This document shows, one piece after another, positions 28,053 through 36,335 of a stretch of DNA of 64,000 bases (the first letter of the stretch is position 1; every line of letters starts with the position of its first letter). The translations under genes were made by a program, and so were the position numbers. The DNA comes from Bacilli bacterium (GTDB lineage Bacteria > Bacillota_I > Bacilli_A > RF39 > UBA660), in contig JAFUTV010000006.1 of NCBI GenBank assembly GCA_017484125.1, positions 1,658-65,657 of the forward strand, given 5' to 3'. The notes below the pieces were generated by a model that worked only from the letters and a program-made list of their open reading frames with translations, searched no databases and was not told the origin of the DNA.

Positions 28053-28736
28053 TTAATTTGCAGGTCCTTTATTTTTTGATAAATAAACACCATATATTCT
28101 TAAAGTAGTTACCGAATCACTTGATATACCTCTCATTGTTGTAAATGAAATATACCCTGGATCACTACATGTAAGCGGATAAGATACAATAAGCATGTTG
28201 CTACCTACTAAATTGTAGCCGTATATTCTTTCACTTCCATTAATTACATATGTTGGATTTGTTTTACTTTCAACTGCTACCTGAGCCCAGTAAATGTTTG
28301 ATGCATAGTAGAGTATATTTATATATTCATAATTTGTACAATCTATTTTGTTATTGGTATTAGCTACAACATACTGGTAGGTACTATTTATTGAAACATC
28401 CATATGATCAGAATTAAATACTGCACTCTTTTTATTTATTCCTGTGTTATTGCCTCCACCCCAAATTCCATAATTCATTGATGAAGACCAGCCACCTGTT
28501 ACAGCATCAAATGTATTTCCTTTCCAATACAGGAATAATTTTTTTTCTTGTGCATTAAATTCATCTCGCAAATCATCTAGTGCTTCTTTTGTATTATCTA
28601 CTTCCCAAGTAGTGTCTTTTGGAGTAAAACCTACATCTTGTGCTAAAAGTGAGTATGCAAATACTGAAGAAATACCACTAACTATAACTATGCCTAGTAT
28701 CAAAAATAAAAATCTTGATTTAAATAATTTTTTCAT
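28053..28736 (-). CDS. LH-family member 1 (first cistron). Head: 'TGGW' beta-rich domain
   Basis: Leader MKKLFKSRFLFLILGIVIVSGISSVFAYSLLAQDVGFTPKDTTWEVDNTKEALDDL. Head LFLYWKGNTFDAVTGGWSSS.. parallels IWLYNDGNEYEIITGGW of 24111..24938. RBS AAGGAAGGTG. Confidence 0.85.
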   Translation of the reverse strand: MKKLFKSRFLFLILGIVIVSGISSVFAYSLLAQDVGFTPKDTTWEVDNTKEALDDLRDEFNAQEKKLFLYWKGNTFDAVTGGWSSSMNYGIWGGGNNTGINKKSAVFNSDHMDVSINSTYQYVVANTNNKIDCTNYEYINILYYASNIYWAQVAVESKTNPTYVINGSERIYGYNLVGSNMLIVSYPLTCSDPGYISFTTMRGISSDSVTTLRIYGVYLSKNKGPAN

Positions 28737-28761
28737 AGCAATACACCTTCCTTTTTAAAAT

Positions 28762-28792
28762 CACAAAAAGAAATTAGTATTGCTACTAACTT
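28762..28792 (-). promoter_or_regulatory. Hairpin plus U-rich tail in the 5' leader of the array (possible attenuator, weak stem)
   Basis: Minus strand: AAGTTAGTA-gcaa-TACTAATTT (9 bp including one G-U) followed by CTTTTTGTGATTTT. It ends about 25 nt before the RBS of member 1. Confidence 0.25.
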
Positions 28793-28897
28793 AATTAGAA
28801 AAACCAAATTGTATCTATTTAAGTTTACTATCTTCATAACTACTAACCTTTAACTTTTTTATATGGACCTTCTCCATCCTTATTATCCATTATATAG

Positions 28898-28906
28898 ATT
28901 ATAGCA
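28898..28906 (-). promoter_or_regulatory. Candidate promoter of the 28-gene array (extended -10 TGcTATAAT)
   Basis: Minus strand ..ggtgtcaattaTGcTATAATctatat.., about 160 nt upstream of ATG 28736. There is no convincing -35. An AT-rich/(TA)n tract at 28957-28975 lies just upstream. Confidence 0.3.
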
Positions 28907-29264
28907 TAATTGACACCAAAATCATACAAAAAACGCGCTATTTTTTTAACTTTTTAATATATATATAATATATATTAAACTTGGTAAAAAATTGTATAAA
29001 AATACTTATGTAAATTTATCATAAATGCAATGTCAACGGTATTTCAGAAAGTGTAAACAAAAATAAGTAACGTAAACTTAATTTTCAATTTAAAATATCG
29101 GATATTTTTTAGATGATATTTTTGTATAATGTAAAGTATTTTTGCTTTTATTTAGCAAAAATGTATAGTAAAAACGTAAAATAATTAATTAAATGTAAAT
29201 TTACGTTATAAAGAAAATTAAAAGTATATATTTTATATTATAATTATGAGTTTAAAAGACTACA

Positions 29265-29290
29265 TTATTATGTAGTCTTTATAAATTAAA
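29265..29290. other. Perfect 10-bp inverted repeat (AAAGACTACA-ttatta-TGTAGTCTTT) in the long AT-rich intergenic region
   Basis: Seen directly in the sequence. It has no strong T-tract on either side, so it may be a secondary terminator or a protein-binding palindrome. Confidence 0.3.
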
Positions 29291-29371
29291 TATAAATTAA
29301 ACACGTTTTAAAGGCATTTTTAGACACTTTATTTCGTTTTGCAAATAAGTAATCATTCAAGACATTTTCCA

Positions 29372-29399
29372 TAAAAAAACATGGATTTTTATATCCATG
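29372..29399 (-). terminator. Rho-independent terminator of 29401..30420
   Basis: Minus strand: CATGGAT-ataaaa-ATCCATG followed by TTTTTTT, immediately after the stop codon. Confidence 0.7.
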
Positions 29400-29400
29400 A

Positions 29401-30420
29401 TTATTTATTAATATTATATTCTTCAGCATTAATATTATTAATATCAATGTTGTTTTGACTACTTGAATCAATTATCGTACTTGAATTAACAACTCTAACT
29501 GGTTGTGGTGTTGGAATATCATTTAGTGATGGCATATTTTCAGGCACTGGTGCTTCATTTGGTGTAGGATTTGGTAATGTGTCTGGTGTTACAAATACAG
29601 ATGAAAATTGATCATTTTGTGGTGAAGTCAAAGGAACTTCTTCAGCTGCTTGATTAAAGCTTATAGGTTCTTGTTGTGCTTCAGTTTCTTGTTTTACACC
29701 TTCTTTTTGATATTCTGCAAGAAGAGTTGCTGCTATTTCATCTAAATCACTTTCTGCTTTAGTAATATCATCAGTTGTTGTTTCTTTTGGCTCAGTAGCA
29801 TCAATACTTGGTGCTAAAACAGGCTCAGAAACAACTGGATTTTCAACGTTAATTTGTATTGGTTGATTTTCAATTGGTTGTAATACTGGTTCTTCCTTGG
29901 TTTCCACTTGAGGAATAACTGACTCTGTTGGTGCTACAACTGTTTCTGAAGGTACTGATGTTAATTCAATTGGTGCATTTAAATCTATATTAGTTGGTGA
30001 TACTTCACTTTCTACAGCACTTGGCGCTGGTTCAACAACATTTTGTTCAACTATTTGTGTAGGTGGTTCAACAGCTACATTTTCAAAAGTATCACTTACT
30101 GGGGTTACATTATTAACAATATCATCACCAACAGTTACAGTAGGAACTACTTCTGGTTGAATTTCTTGAATTGCTGGAGTAACTTCAACTGGTTGATTAG
30201 CATCTGGTGTTGAAGTTAATTCAACTGGAGTTGGATTTTGCTCAACTTGATTAAAAGCATCAACACTTTGTGGATTTTCTTCTGCTTTCTTTTTATTCTT
30301 CTTACCATCTTTTATAGCCAATATCAAAACAACAACAAAAAGTATTGCTAAAAAAATTATTATTCCAAATAACACTGGTGCAAAATATTCTTTACTATAT
30401 AAATCTTCTAAAAAACTCAT
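29401..30420 (-). CDS. Membrane-anchored low-complexity (P/E/V/T/Q-rich) protein, function unknown
   Basis: N-terminal TM segment FAPVLFGIIIFLAILFVVVLILAI followed by KKNKKK. The remainder is a proline/glutamate/valine-rich, extended-looking sequence. Confidence 0.6.
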   Translation of the reverse strand: MSFLEDLYSKEYFAPVLFGIIIFLAILFVVVLILAIKDGKKNKKKAEENPQSVDAFNQVEQNPTPVELTSTPDANQPVEVTPAIQEIQPEVVPTVTVGDDIVNNVTPVSDTFENVAVEPPTQIVEQNVVEPAPSAVESEVSPTNIDLNAPIELTSVPSETVVAPTESVIPQVETKEEPVLQPIENQPIQINVENPVVSEPVLAPSIDATEPKETTTDDITKAESDLDEIAATLLAEYQKEGVKQETEAQQEPISFNQAAEEVPLTSPQNDQFSSVFVTPDTLPNPTPNEAPVPENMPSLNDIPTPQPVRVVNSSTIIDSSSQNNIDINNINAEEYNINK

Positions 30421-30533
30421 AACATAACCACCTTTTTATTATCTATCTATTTTAAATGATATCATAATCTTTTTGCAAAAGCAATATTTTTATATACTTA
30501 AGGGTATTCTTTAATGTAAATATTTATGAATAC

Positions 30534-31352
30534 TTATTTTTGACATGTTGGACAAAAATAAGTACTTCTTCCATTTACTTTTATTCTTTTTATTGTATCT
30601 AAACATATATTGCATTTTTCATTTTCTCTTTTATGTACCATTAAATAATCTTGATAACGTCCTATAACACCAAGTGATGATGTATAACTACGAATTGTTG
30701 TTCCACCACATTCTATTGCTTTTTTTATAATTTCTTTAGATGAATTGCATATTTTATTAGCTTCATCTAATGTTATTTTATTTGCCTCTTTTAATGGATT
30801 AATATTACTTTTAAATAATACTTCATCTACATAAATATTACCCAATCCTGATATAATACTTTGATCAAGTAATACTGTTTTTATCGGTAATTTTTTATTT
30901 CTAAAATGTTCTAATAAATACTTACCTGTTAAATTATTATCACCTGGCTCTAATCCTAATTTATTTATTTCTTCACATTTAGAAATATCTTCTTTTTTTA
31001 AAAGACGCATACGACCAAATTTTCTAGTATCATGATATCTTAAAGAAGTATTATCATTTAAATAAAAGATAACATGTTCATGTTTTTCTATTTTTTCATC
31101 AATTGGTTTAATAAAATACTTTCCTTCCATTCTTAAATGTGATATTAAATAATAATTTTCTAAATCAAATATTAACCATTTACCTTTTCTTAATATATCA
31201 ATAAATGTTTTACCTATTAATATTTTAGAAAATTCTTTTACATCACTTTCAATCATATTAGGATATAATATTTTTATATTATCTATTCTTTTTTTTAATA
31301 TTTGTTTTTTTAATGTATTTCTAACTGTTTCTACTTCTGCTAATTCAGGCAT
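30534..31352 (-). CDS. fpg: Formamidopyrimidine-DNA glycosylase (Fpg/MutM)
   Basis: True start is the internal MPELAEVETV (RBS AGGAGGaattATG), giving the catalytic N-terminal Pro. C-terminal zinc finger C.IC..17..CPTC. Sits downstream of polA, as in Bacillus. Confidence 0.9.
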   Translation of the reverse strand: MPELAEVETVRNTLKKQILKKRIDNIKILYPNMIESDVKEFSKILIGKTFIDILRKGKWLIFDLENYYLISHLRMEGKYFIKPIDEKIEKHEHVIFYLNDNTSLRYHDTRKFGRMRLLKKEDISKCEEINKLGLEPGDNNLTGKYLLEHFRNKKLPIKTVLLDQSIISGLGNIYVDEVLFKSNINPLKEANKITLDEANKICNSSKEIIKKAIECGGTTIRSYTSSLGVIGRYQDYLMVHKRENEKCNICLDTIKRIKVNGRSTYFCPTCQK

Positions 31353-31360
31353 AATTCCTC

Positions 31361-33928
31361 CTATTTTGTTGTATACCAATTATCACCAAAATCAGAAGAT
31401 ACAATAATTGGAACATCTAGTTTTATTATATTTTCCATTGATTCTTTAACTATTTTTTGAACAATATCTTTTTCCTCATTTACTATATCAAAAATTAATT
31501 CATCATGAACTTGTAAGATCATTTTACTCTTAATATTATTTTTCTTAAATTCATTATATACTTTAATCATAGCCATTTTCATAATATCAGCTTCAGTTCC
31601 TTGGATTGGAGTATTAAGAGCAATTCTTTCTCCAGATTGCCTTATCATAAAATTTTTACTTTGAAGTTCTGATATGGTTCTTTTTCTATTAAGTAATGTT
31701 CTTACTACACCTGTAGAATATGCTTCTTTTACAATATTATCCATATATGTTTTTACTCCAGGATAAATTTCATAATATTTTTCAATAAATTCTTTAGCTT
31801 GTTTAGAAGATATTCCTAAATCTTCACCTAAACCAAAACCTGTTATACCATAAACTATTCCAAATATTACAGCTTTAGCAGCCTTTCTTTCTAATTTTGT
31901 TACATCTTCAATGTTTTTGCCATAGATATCTGCAGCAACTCTAGAGTGAATATCTTCCCCTTTAATAAATGCTTGTTGTAATTCTTTTGATTTAGAAACA
32001 TGAGCAAGTATTCTTAGTTCTATTTGAGAATAATCAGATGACATAAGTAAATCATTACTAGGTAAAAATGCTAATCTTACTTTTCTACCATCTTCATCTC
32101 TTGCAGGTATATTTTGTAAATTAGGATCAACTGAAGATAATCTTCCTGTTCTTGTTAAATTTTGTTTATAAATAGTATGTATTTTATTATCATCTAAAAT
32201 ATATTCTTGTAAACCAATTAAGTAAGTACTATATAATTTAGTAATATTTCTATATTCTAGTATATCTTTAATAATTGGATGAATATCAATTAATTTTTGA
32301 AGTATTTTAGCATCAGTTGAATAACCATTCTTATTCTTTTTACCATATGGTAGATTAAGCTTTTCAAATAAAATATCACCTAATTGTTTTGGAGAAGATA
32401 TATTAAATTCAACTCCAGTACTTTCCCATATTTTTTTAGTTAGTTCATCTATTTTTATTTTTGCATCATTTGCTTGTTCTTCTAAAACATTTTTATCACA
32501 TTTAATTCCTTCAATTTCCATACTTGCTAAAACATTTATTAATGGCATTTCAATATTTAAAAATAAATCATACATTTGTTCTATTTTTAATTTATTTATT
32601 AAATCATCTCTGCTATCATAAATATATCTAACTTTATTTACAATATATTCTTTTATTTTATCTGATTTAACTAATTCATTATGTTTTAAACAATCAATAC
32701 CTTCTTGATTTAATAAATAATACATATCATCACTATCAGAAAGCTCAACAAGATATGAAGATATCATTAAATCATAAATAGTATTAGGACACTTAATATT
32801 ATTTTTATTTAATAAAACTATATTTTTCTTTAAATCAAATGTATATAATACTTTATCTTTTATTTTATTAATAACATCAGTTATTAAACTATTATCTATA
32901 TAATAACTTTTATCTTTTGTAGCAACTGCCATACCTAAAATATTAGCTACATGATAATTTAAATTATCAGTTTCAATATAATAAGCATATGTACTAGATT
33001 CTTCAATTTCATCAATATTATTAACATAAATAATATCAATATTTTTTACTTCTTTTTTTGTTTCTTTTAATTCATGTTTTTTAATTAAAGATTTAAATTC
33101 TAAATCTTCATATAGTCTTATTAATTCTTCTTCATTTGCACCAAGATATTTCATTTTATTAAAATCTTTATCTATTGGAACTTCTTTATATATTGTAGCA
33201 ATTTCTTTTGATATAAAAGCATTTTCTTTATCTTCTTGTAATTTATCCTTTAATTTACCATTTATTTCATCAATATGTTCATAAATATCTTCGATAGTAT
33301 CATATTTAGTAAGTAATGAAATGGCTGTTTTTTCACCTATTCCCTTTACTCCTAAAATATTATCTGATGGATCACCTGCTAAAGCTTTAAAATCAATCAT
33401 TCTAATTGGTTCAAATCCCCAATCTTCAACAAATTTATCATGATCATATCGTATATAATCTTTTTGCTTTAAAAGTTTAACATCTACTTGATTAGATATT
33501 AATTGTAATAAGTCTTTGTCTGAAGAAATAATAGTAGCATCAAAATCTTTATCGCATTCTGCTTCTTTAGCAAGTGTACCAATGATATCATCTGCTTCAT
33601 ATGGTTCTATTTCAAAATATTTTATTCCCATAGCATCAAGTATAGTTCTTGCTATTGGCATTTGTAATTTTAATTCATCTGGTGTTTGAGCACGACCTGC
33701 TTTATATGTTTCATATTTTTGTTTTCTAAAGTTTTTACCAATATCAAAAGCTACAGCAATATATTCTGGTTTTTCCTCTTCAATAATTTTATTCATCATT
33801 AAAATAAAACCATATAAGGCATTAGTTGGAAATCCTTTAGAATTTTTCATAACATTACCCGTATAAGCAGTTGCATAGTAACTTCTAAAAAGTAAATTAT
33901 TACCATCTACTAATATTACTTTCTTCAT
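31361..33928 (-). CDS. polA: DNA polymerase I
   Basis: 855 aa with a 5'-3' exonuclease N-terminus (VILVDGNNLLFRSYYA). Polymerase motifs DYSQIELRILAH, RKAAKAVIFGIVYG and QVHDELIF. Confidence 0.95.
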   Translation of the reverse strand: MKKVILVDGNNLLFRSYYATAYTGNVMKNSKGFPTNALYGFILMMNKIIEEEKPEYIAVAFDIGKNFRKQKYETYKAGRAQTPDELKLQMPIARTILDAMGIKYFEIEPYEADDIIGTLAKEAECDKDFDATIISSDKDLLQLISNQVDVKLLKQKDYIRYDHDKFVEDWGFEPIRMIDFKALAGDPSDNILGVKGIGEKTAISLLTKYDTIEDIYEHIDEINGKLKDKLQEDKENAFISKEIATIYKEVPIDKDFNKMKYLGANEEELIRLYEDLEFKSLIKKHELKETKKEVKNIDIIYVNNIDEIEESSTYAYYIETDNLNYHVANILGMAVATKDKSYYIDNSLITDVINKIKDKVLYTFDLKKNIVLLNKNNIKCPNTIYDLMISSYLVELSDSDDMYYLLNQEGIDCLKHNELVKSDKIKEYIVNKVRYIYDSRDDLINKLKIEQMYDLFLNIEMPLINVLASMEIEGIKCDKNVLEEQANDAKIKIDELTKKIWESTGVEFNISSPKQLGDILFEKLNLPYGKKNKNGYSTDAKILQKLIDIHPIIKDILEYRNITKLYSTYLIGLQEYILDDNKIHTIYKQNLTRTGRLSSVDPNLQNIPARDEDGRKVRLAFLPSNDLLMSSDYSQIELRILAHVSKSKELQQAFIKGEDIHSRVAADIYGKNIEDVTKLERKAAKAVIFGIVYGITGFGLGEDLGISSKQAKEFIEKYYEIYPGVKTYMDNIVKEAYSTGVVRTLLNRKRTISELQSKNFMIRQSGERIALNTPIQGTEADIMKMAMIKVYNEFKKNNIKSKMILQVHDELIFDIVNEEKDIVQKIVKESMENIIKLDVPIIVSSDFGDNWYTTK

Positions 33929-33968
33929 ATAATATCACATCCTTAAATTTATTTTACCATAAAAAAAG

Positions 33969-34166
33969 TTAGTCTACTATCTTAACTAACCCTTTTTCAA
34001 TTTCTTCTAAAGCTCTACCTATTTCTTTTTTGTTTTTGTATTCTCCCTCATTCATTTGAGTATGTTTAGTTTCCATTATTTGTTTACTTCTTTTAGAAAC
34101 TATATTAACTAAACGATATTTAGAATCAACAATATTTAATATTTTGTCTATAGAAGGATATAACAT
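33969..34166 (-). CDS. rpoZ: DNA-directed RNA polymerase omega subunit
   Basis: 65 aa. MLYPSIDKILNIVDSKYRLVNIVSKRSKQI matches the Firmicute RpoZ N-terminus. Confidence 0.8.
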   Translation of the reverse strand: MLYPSIDKILNIVDSKYRLVNIVSKRSKQIMETKHTQMNEGEYKNKKEIGRALEEIEKGLVKIVD

Positions 34167-34252
34167 ATTCGATCAGCTCCTTACAATAACATTTTACTAT
34201 ATTATTGACATTTAATATACTATTTAGTTAAAAATTTTACATTTATTTAACA

Positions 34253-34621
34253 CTAACTTAATTCAGCAATAACTTTATCTTCATCTTCATTATATATTAA
34301 CTTAATTTTAATATTATTCATTTTAGTATAATTATCCCTAATATCTATTATTTCTTCAGTAGAAGATACAATATAACCCTCTTTTATTAAATCATCAATA
34401 GATACTACTGTATTACTTTCTTCTTTGATTTTTTCTTTATTATCATTACCATACATTTCAGCAAGTTTTAAATAATCAGCCATTATTTCATTATATACTT
34501 CATCTTTATTATCGTATTCTTTTAAAGCATTAGAAACGCGTGGAATAACAATTAATGCCGAAATTCCAAGTATAACTATAATAATTAATATATCATATAC
34601 TGTATAACCATTTCTTTTCAT
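34253..34621 (-). CDS. Prepilin-type N-terminal domain protein (type IV pilin/pseudopilin-like)
   Basis: MKRNG/YTVYDILIIIVILGISALIVIP: short basic leader, Gly, then a hydrophobic helix with Asp at +5 instead of the usual Glu. Confidence 0.5.
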   Translation of the reverse strand: MKRNGYTVYDILIIIVILGISALIVIPRVSNALKEYDNKDEVYNEIMADYLKLAEMYGNDNKEKIKEESNTVVSIDDLIKEGYIVSSTEEIIDIRDNYTKMNNIKIKLIYNEDEDKVIAELS

Positions 34622-34670
34622 TTTTACACCTCATAAATATTATATAATAAATGATTTTAAATATAAAGTA

Positions 34671-36257
34671 TCATTGTAATGATAATTCAAATGGATTATC
34701 TATTGTTCCTGCATCAGCTTCATTACAATTATCACACTTAACATTTGATTTTAGATAGACTGCTGGGCGCACACCATGGTTGTATTTAGTTTTTTCACCA
34801 CTGCCAAGATACTGTCCAGTTCTAAGATAGAAAACGCTATTAGTAGTACCGCTAGTTGCAGTTAAAGTCCACCAATCAATACTACTTGAATACATCCAAC
34901 TTGATGTTAAACATACATCTCTATATCCAGTTCCATTCCAGTTATACATATCTTTGTTTAAACAAAAGTTTCTTTTTTCTCCATTTTCTATAGAATATCC
35001 AAAATCAGATAGATATGGTAATGCAACTTTTCCTGGCCATGCATCATATACTATGTTATATCTTTCACATTCATACCAAGTATTTATTAATACTGCATAT
35101 GCAGTTCGATTTCCTCCTAATTTCCATGATGCATCATCTATTAGTTCACTTCCAACATATTTATAAGCATCTCCATTCAAAATTTCCTTTAAACTTGCAT
35201 TGTTCCAATTATTTGAGTTACTACTATCATATGCCATATTGCCCAATGTTTCATCTCTCATTATTTTTACTTTATCACTTGATGAACCATGAGAATTAGA
35301 ATTAAATACTCCAATTACTCTCCATGTTTCATATGTTCCATCACTTAATTTAAAATTAACATAATTTGCTGGATTAGTTCCTGTATATCGCATGTTGTGA
35401 TCAGATGTTCCATCATCAGGTAATACTGTAGTTGATTCTTCTAAACATCTTAAATATCCTGCAAAATTATTATATGAACATGCCCATTTAGCATATAGAT
35501 TAGCTAATTCTTCTGTTACTATTGTATCTGAAGTTACGGCATTAGTTAATTCACTATCACTATACCATCCTAAGAAATCACTATCATCTTTTGTAGGTGT
35601 TGGAAGTACTCCAAGTTTATCTCCAATATTTAAAAATATTCTATTTTGTGATAAGTTCCCACCATTAGTATTTAATGTTATATATTTATCATTTTTATTA
35701 ACAGTTGCAATAACAACAACTTTTGCTTCATAATTTTTGTTTGTAGATTCTTCTCTTGTTGAATCATAATCAATCCATAATCTTAAGTTATATGTTTTTT
35801 CTTCATTACTTATTAATGTTCCTCTTGCTATAGTTTTTGATGATAAAGCAGAATCTATTGTTTTTGTTTCATTAGATGAAATTGATCCTAATATATTTGA
35901 AGGTTCATTATCTAATTTTACTCTTAAGTTATTAGTATTTAATGTTGAAGTTGAAAGAGTTTCAATTGTTACATCATAATTAGAATTATATGAACATATA
36001 TTTTTTATTGTAAAAGTATATGGTCTTGTTTGAGCACCTTCATCTTCTGGCATTGGAAAAGTTCTTGTTAAGTTAATATCAGAACCAGCAACATCACTAA
36101 AGGTAAGTTCAAAACAATCACTATTTACTACATTTATACCACTTTGAGTCGCAGTAAACATAACATATGCATATGATATACCTACACATATTGATATTAT
36201 AAGTAAAGTACCTATGATTAATAAAAATTTTTTCTTATTTCTTTCCAAAACAATCAT
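34671..36257 (-). CDS. Secreted or anchored multidomain protein: TasA/camelysin-like N-terminal region (tentative), Flg_new repeat and DUF6273-like domain
   Basis: N-terminus KKKFLLIIGTLLIISICVGISYAYVMFTATQ. Then ITLNTNGGNLSQNR..LPTPTKDDSDFLGWYSD..LYAKW. Then ..MRYTGTNPANYVNF..ETWRVIGVF..WWTLTA..HGVRPAVYLKSNV. Confidence 0.7.
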   Translation of the reverse strand: MIVLERNKKKFLLIIGTLLIISICVGISYAYVMFTATQSGINVVNSDCFELTFSDVAGSDINLTRTFPMPEDEGAQTRPYTFTIKNICSYNSNYDVTIETLSTSTLNTNNLRVKLDNEPSNILGSISSNETKTIDSALSSKTIARGTLISNEEKTYNLRLWIDYDSTREESTNKNYEAKVVVIATVNKNDKYITLNTNGGNLSQNRIFLNIGDKLGVLPTPTKDDSDFLGWYSDSELTNAVTSDTIVTEELANLYAKWACSYNNFAGYLRCLEESTTVLPDDGTSDHNMRYTGTNPANYVNFKLSDGTYETWRVIGVFNSNSHGSSSDKVKIMRDETLGNMAYDSSNSNNWNNASLKEILNGDAYKYVGSELIDDASWKLGGNRTAYAVLINTWYECERYNIVYDAWPGKVALPYLSDFGYSIENGEKRNFCLNKDMYNWNGTGYRDVCLTSSWMYSSSIDWWTLTATSGTTNSVFYLRTGQYLGSGEKTKYNHGVRPAVYLKSNVKCDNCNEADAGTIDNPFELSLQ

Positions 36258-36300
36258 CTACTCTCTATAAAAATATTATATCAAAAAATAGTATAAATGC

Positions 36301-36329
36301 AAAAGAAAACCTAACATTTTTTTGTTAGG
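36301..36329 (-). terminator. Rho-independent terminator after the cotD-like gene
   Basis: Minus strand: CCTAAC-aaaaaaat-GTTAGG followed by TTTTCTTTT. Confidence 0.5.
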
Positions 36330-36335
36330 CTTTAC

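Noticed and set aside
7766-28736. Whether the regular periodicity could be a CRISPR array or another non-coding repeat
   Set aside because: Each unit is a complete ORF of 146-362 codons with an RBS. Unit lengths vary from 0.44 to 1.1 kb. The conserved part is a ~170-nt coding 5' end, not a short direct repeat separated by spacers. No cas genes are present.
7766-28736. Polymorphic toxin/immunity locus, or a prophage tail-fibre cassette region
   Set aside because: No small immunity-type ORFs lie between the genes. The heads look like binding or beta-sandwich domains, with no nuclease, deaminase or peptidase motifs that I recognise. Every protein has a Sec signal. No capsid, terminase, tail or integrase genes are present, and the flanks are housekeeping genes.
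7766-28736. A lipoprotein (lipobox) or sortase-anchored (LPXTG) nature for the family
   Set aside because: No Cys follows the hydrophobic segment; the junction is ..VFA/YS... None of the 27 intact C-termini carries LPXTG plus a TM and basic tail.
28800-28890. Tiny ORFs in the array leader (e.g. MDNKDGEGPYKKVKG, MEKVHIKKLKVSSYEDSKLK) as possible leader peptides
   Set aside because: Neither has a properly spaced RBS, and neither has features of known regulatory leader peptides. I kept only the hairpin as a low-confidence regulatory feature.
7766-29400. Phase or antigenic variation machinery (invertible promoter, shufflon, diversity-generating retroelement)
   Set aside because: I found no recombinase, integrase or reverse transcriptase gene in the window, no template repeat, and no long inverted repeats flanking the promoter region. 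The (TA)n tract (28957-28975) is short and interrupted. This cannot be excluded for elements encoded elsewhere.
29286-29471. A 61-aa track ORF overlapping the 3' end of 29401..30420
   Set aside because: It spans the strong terminator hairpin at 29372-29399, overlaps the real gene's C-terminus out of frame, and has no RBS and no recognisable sequence.
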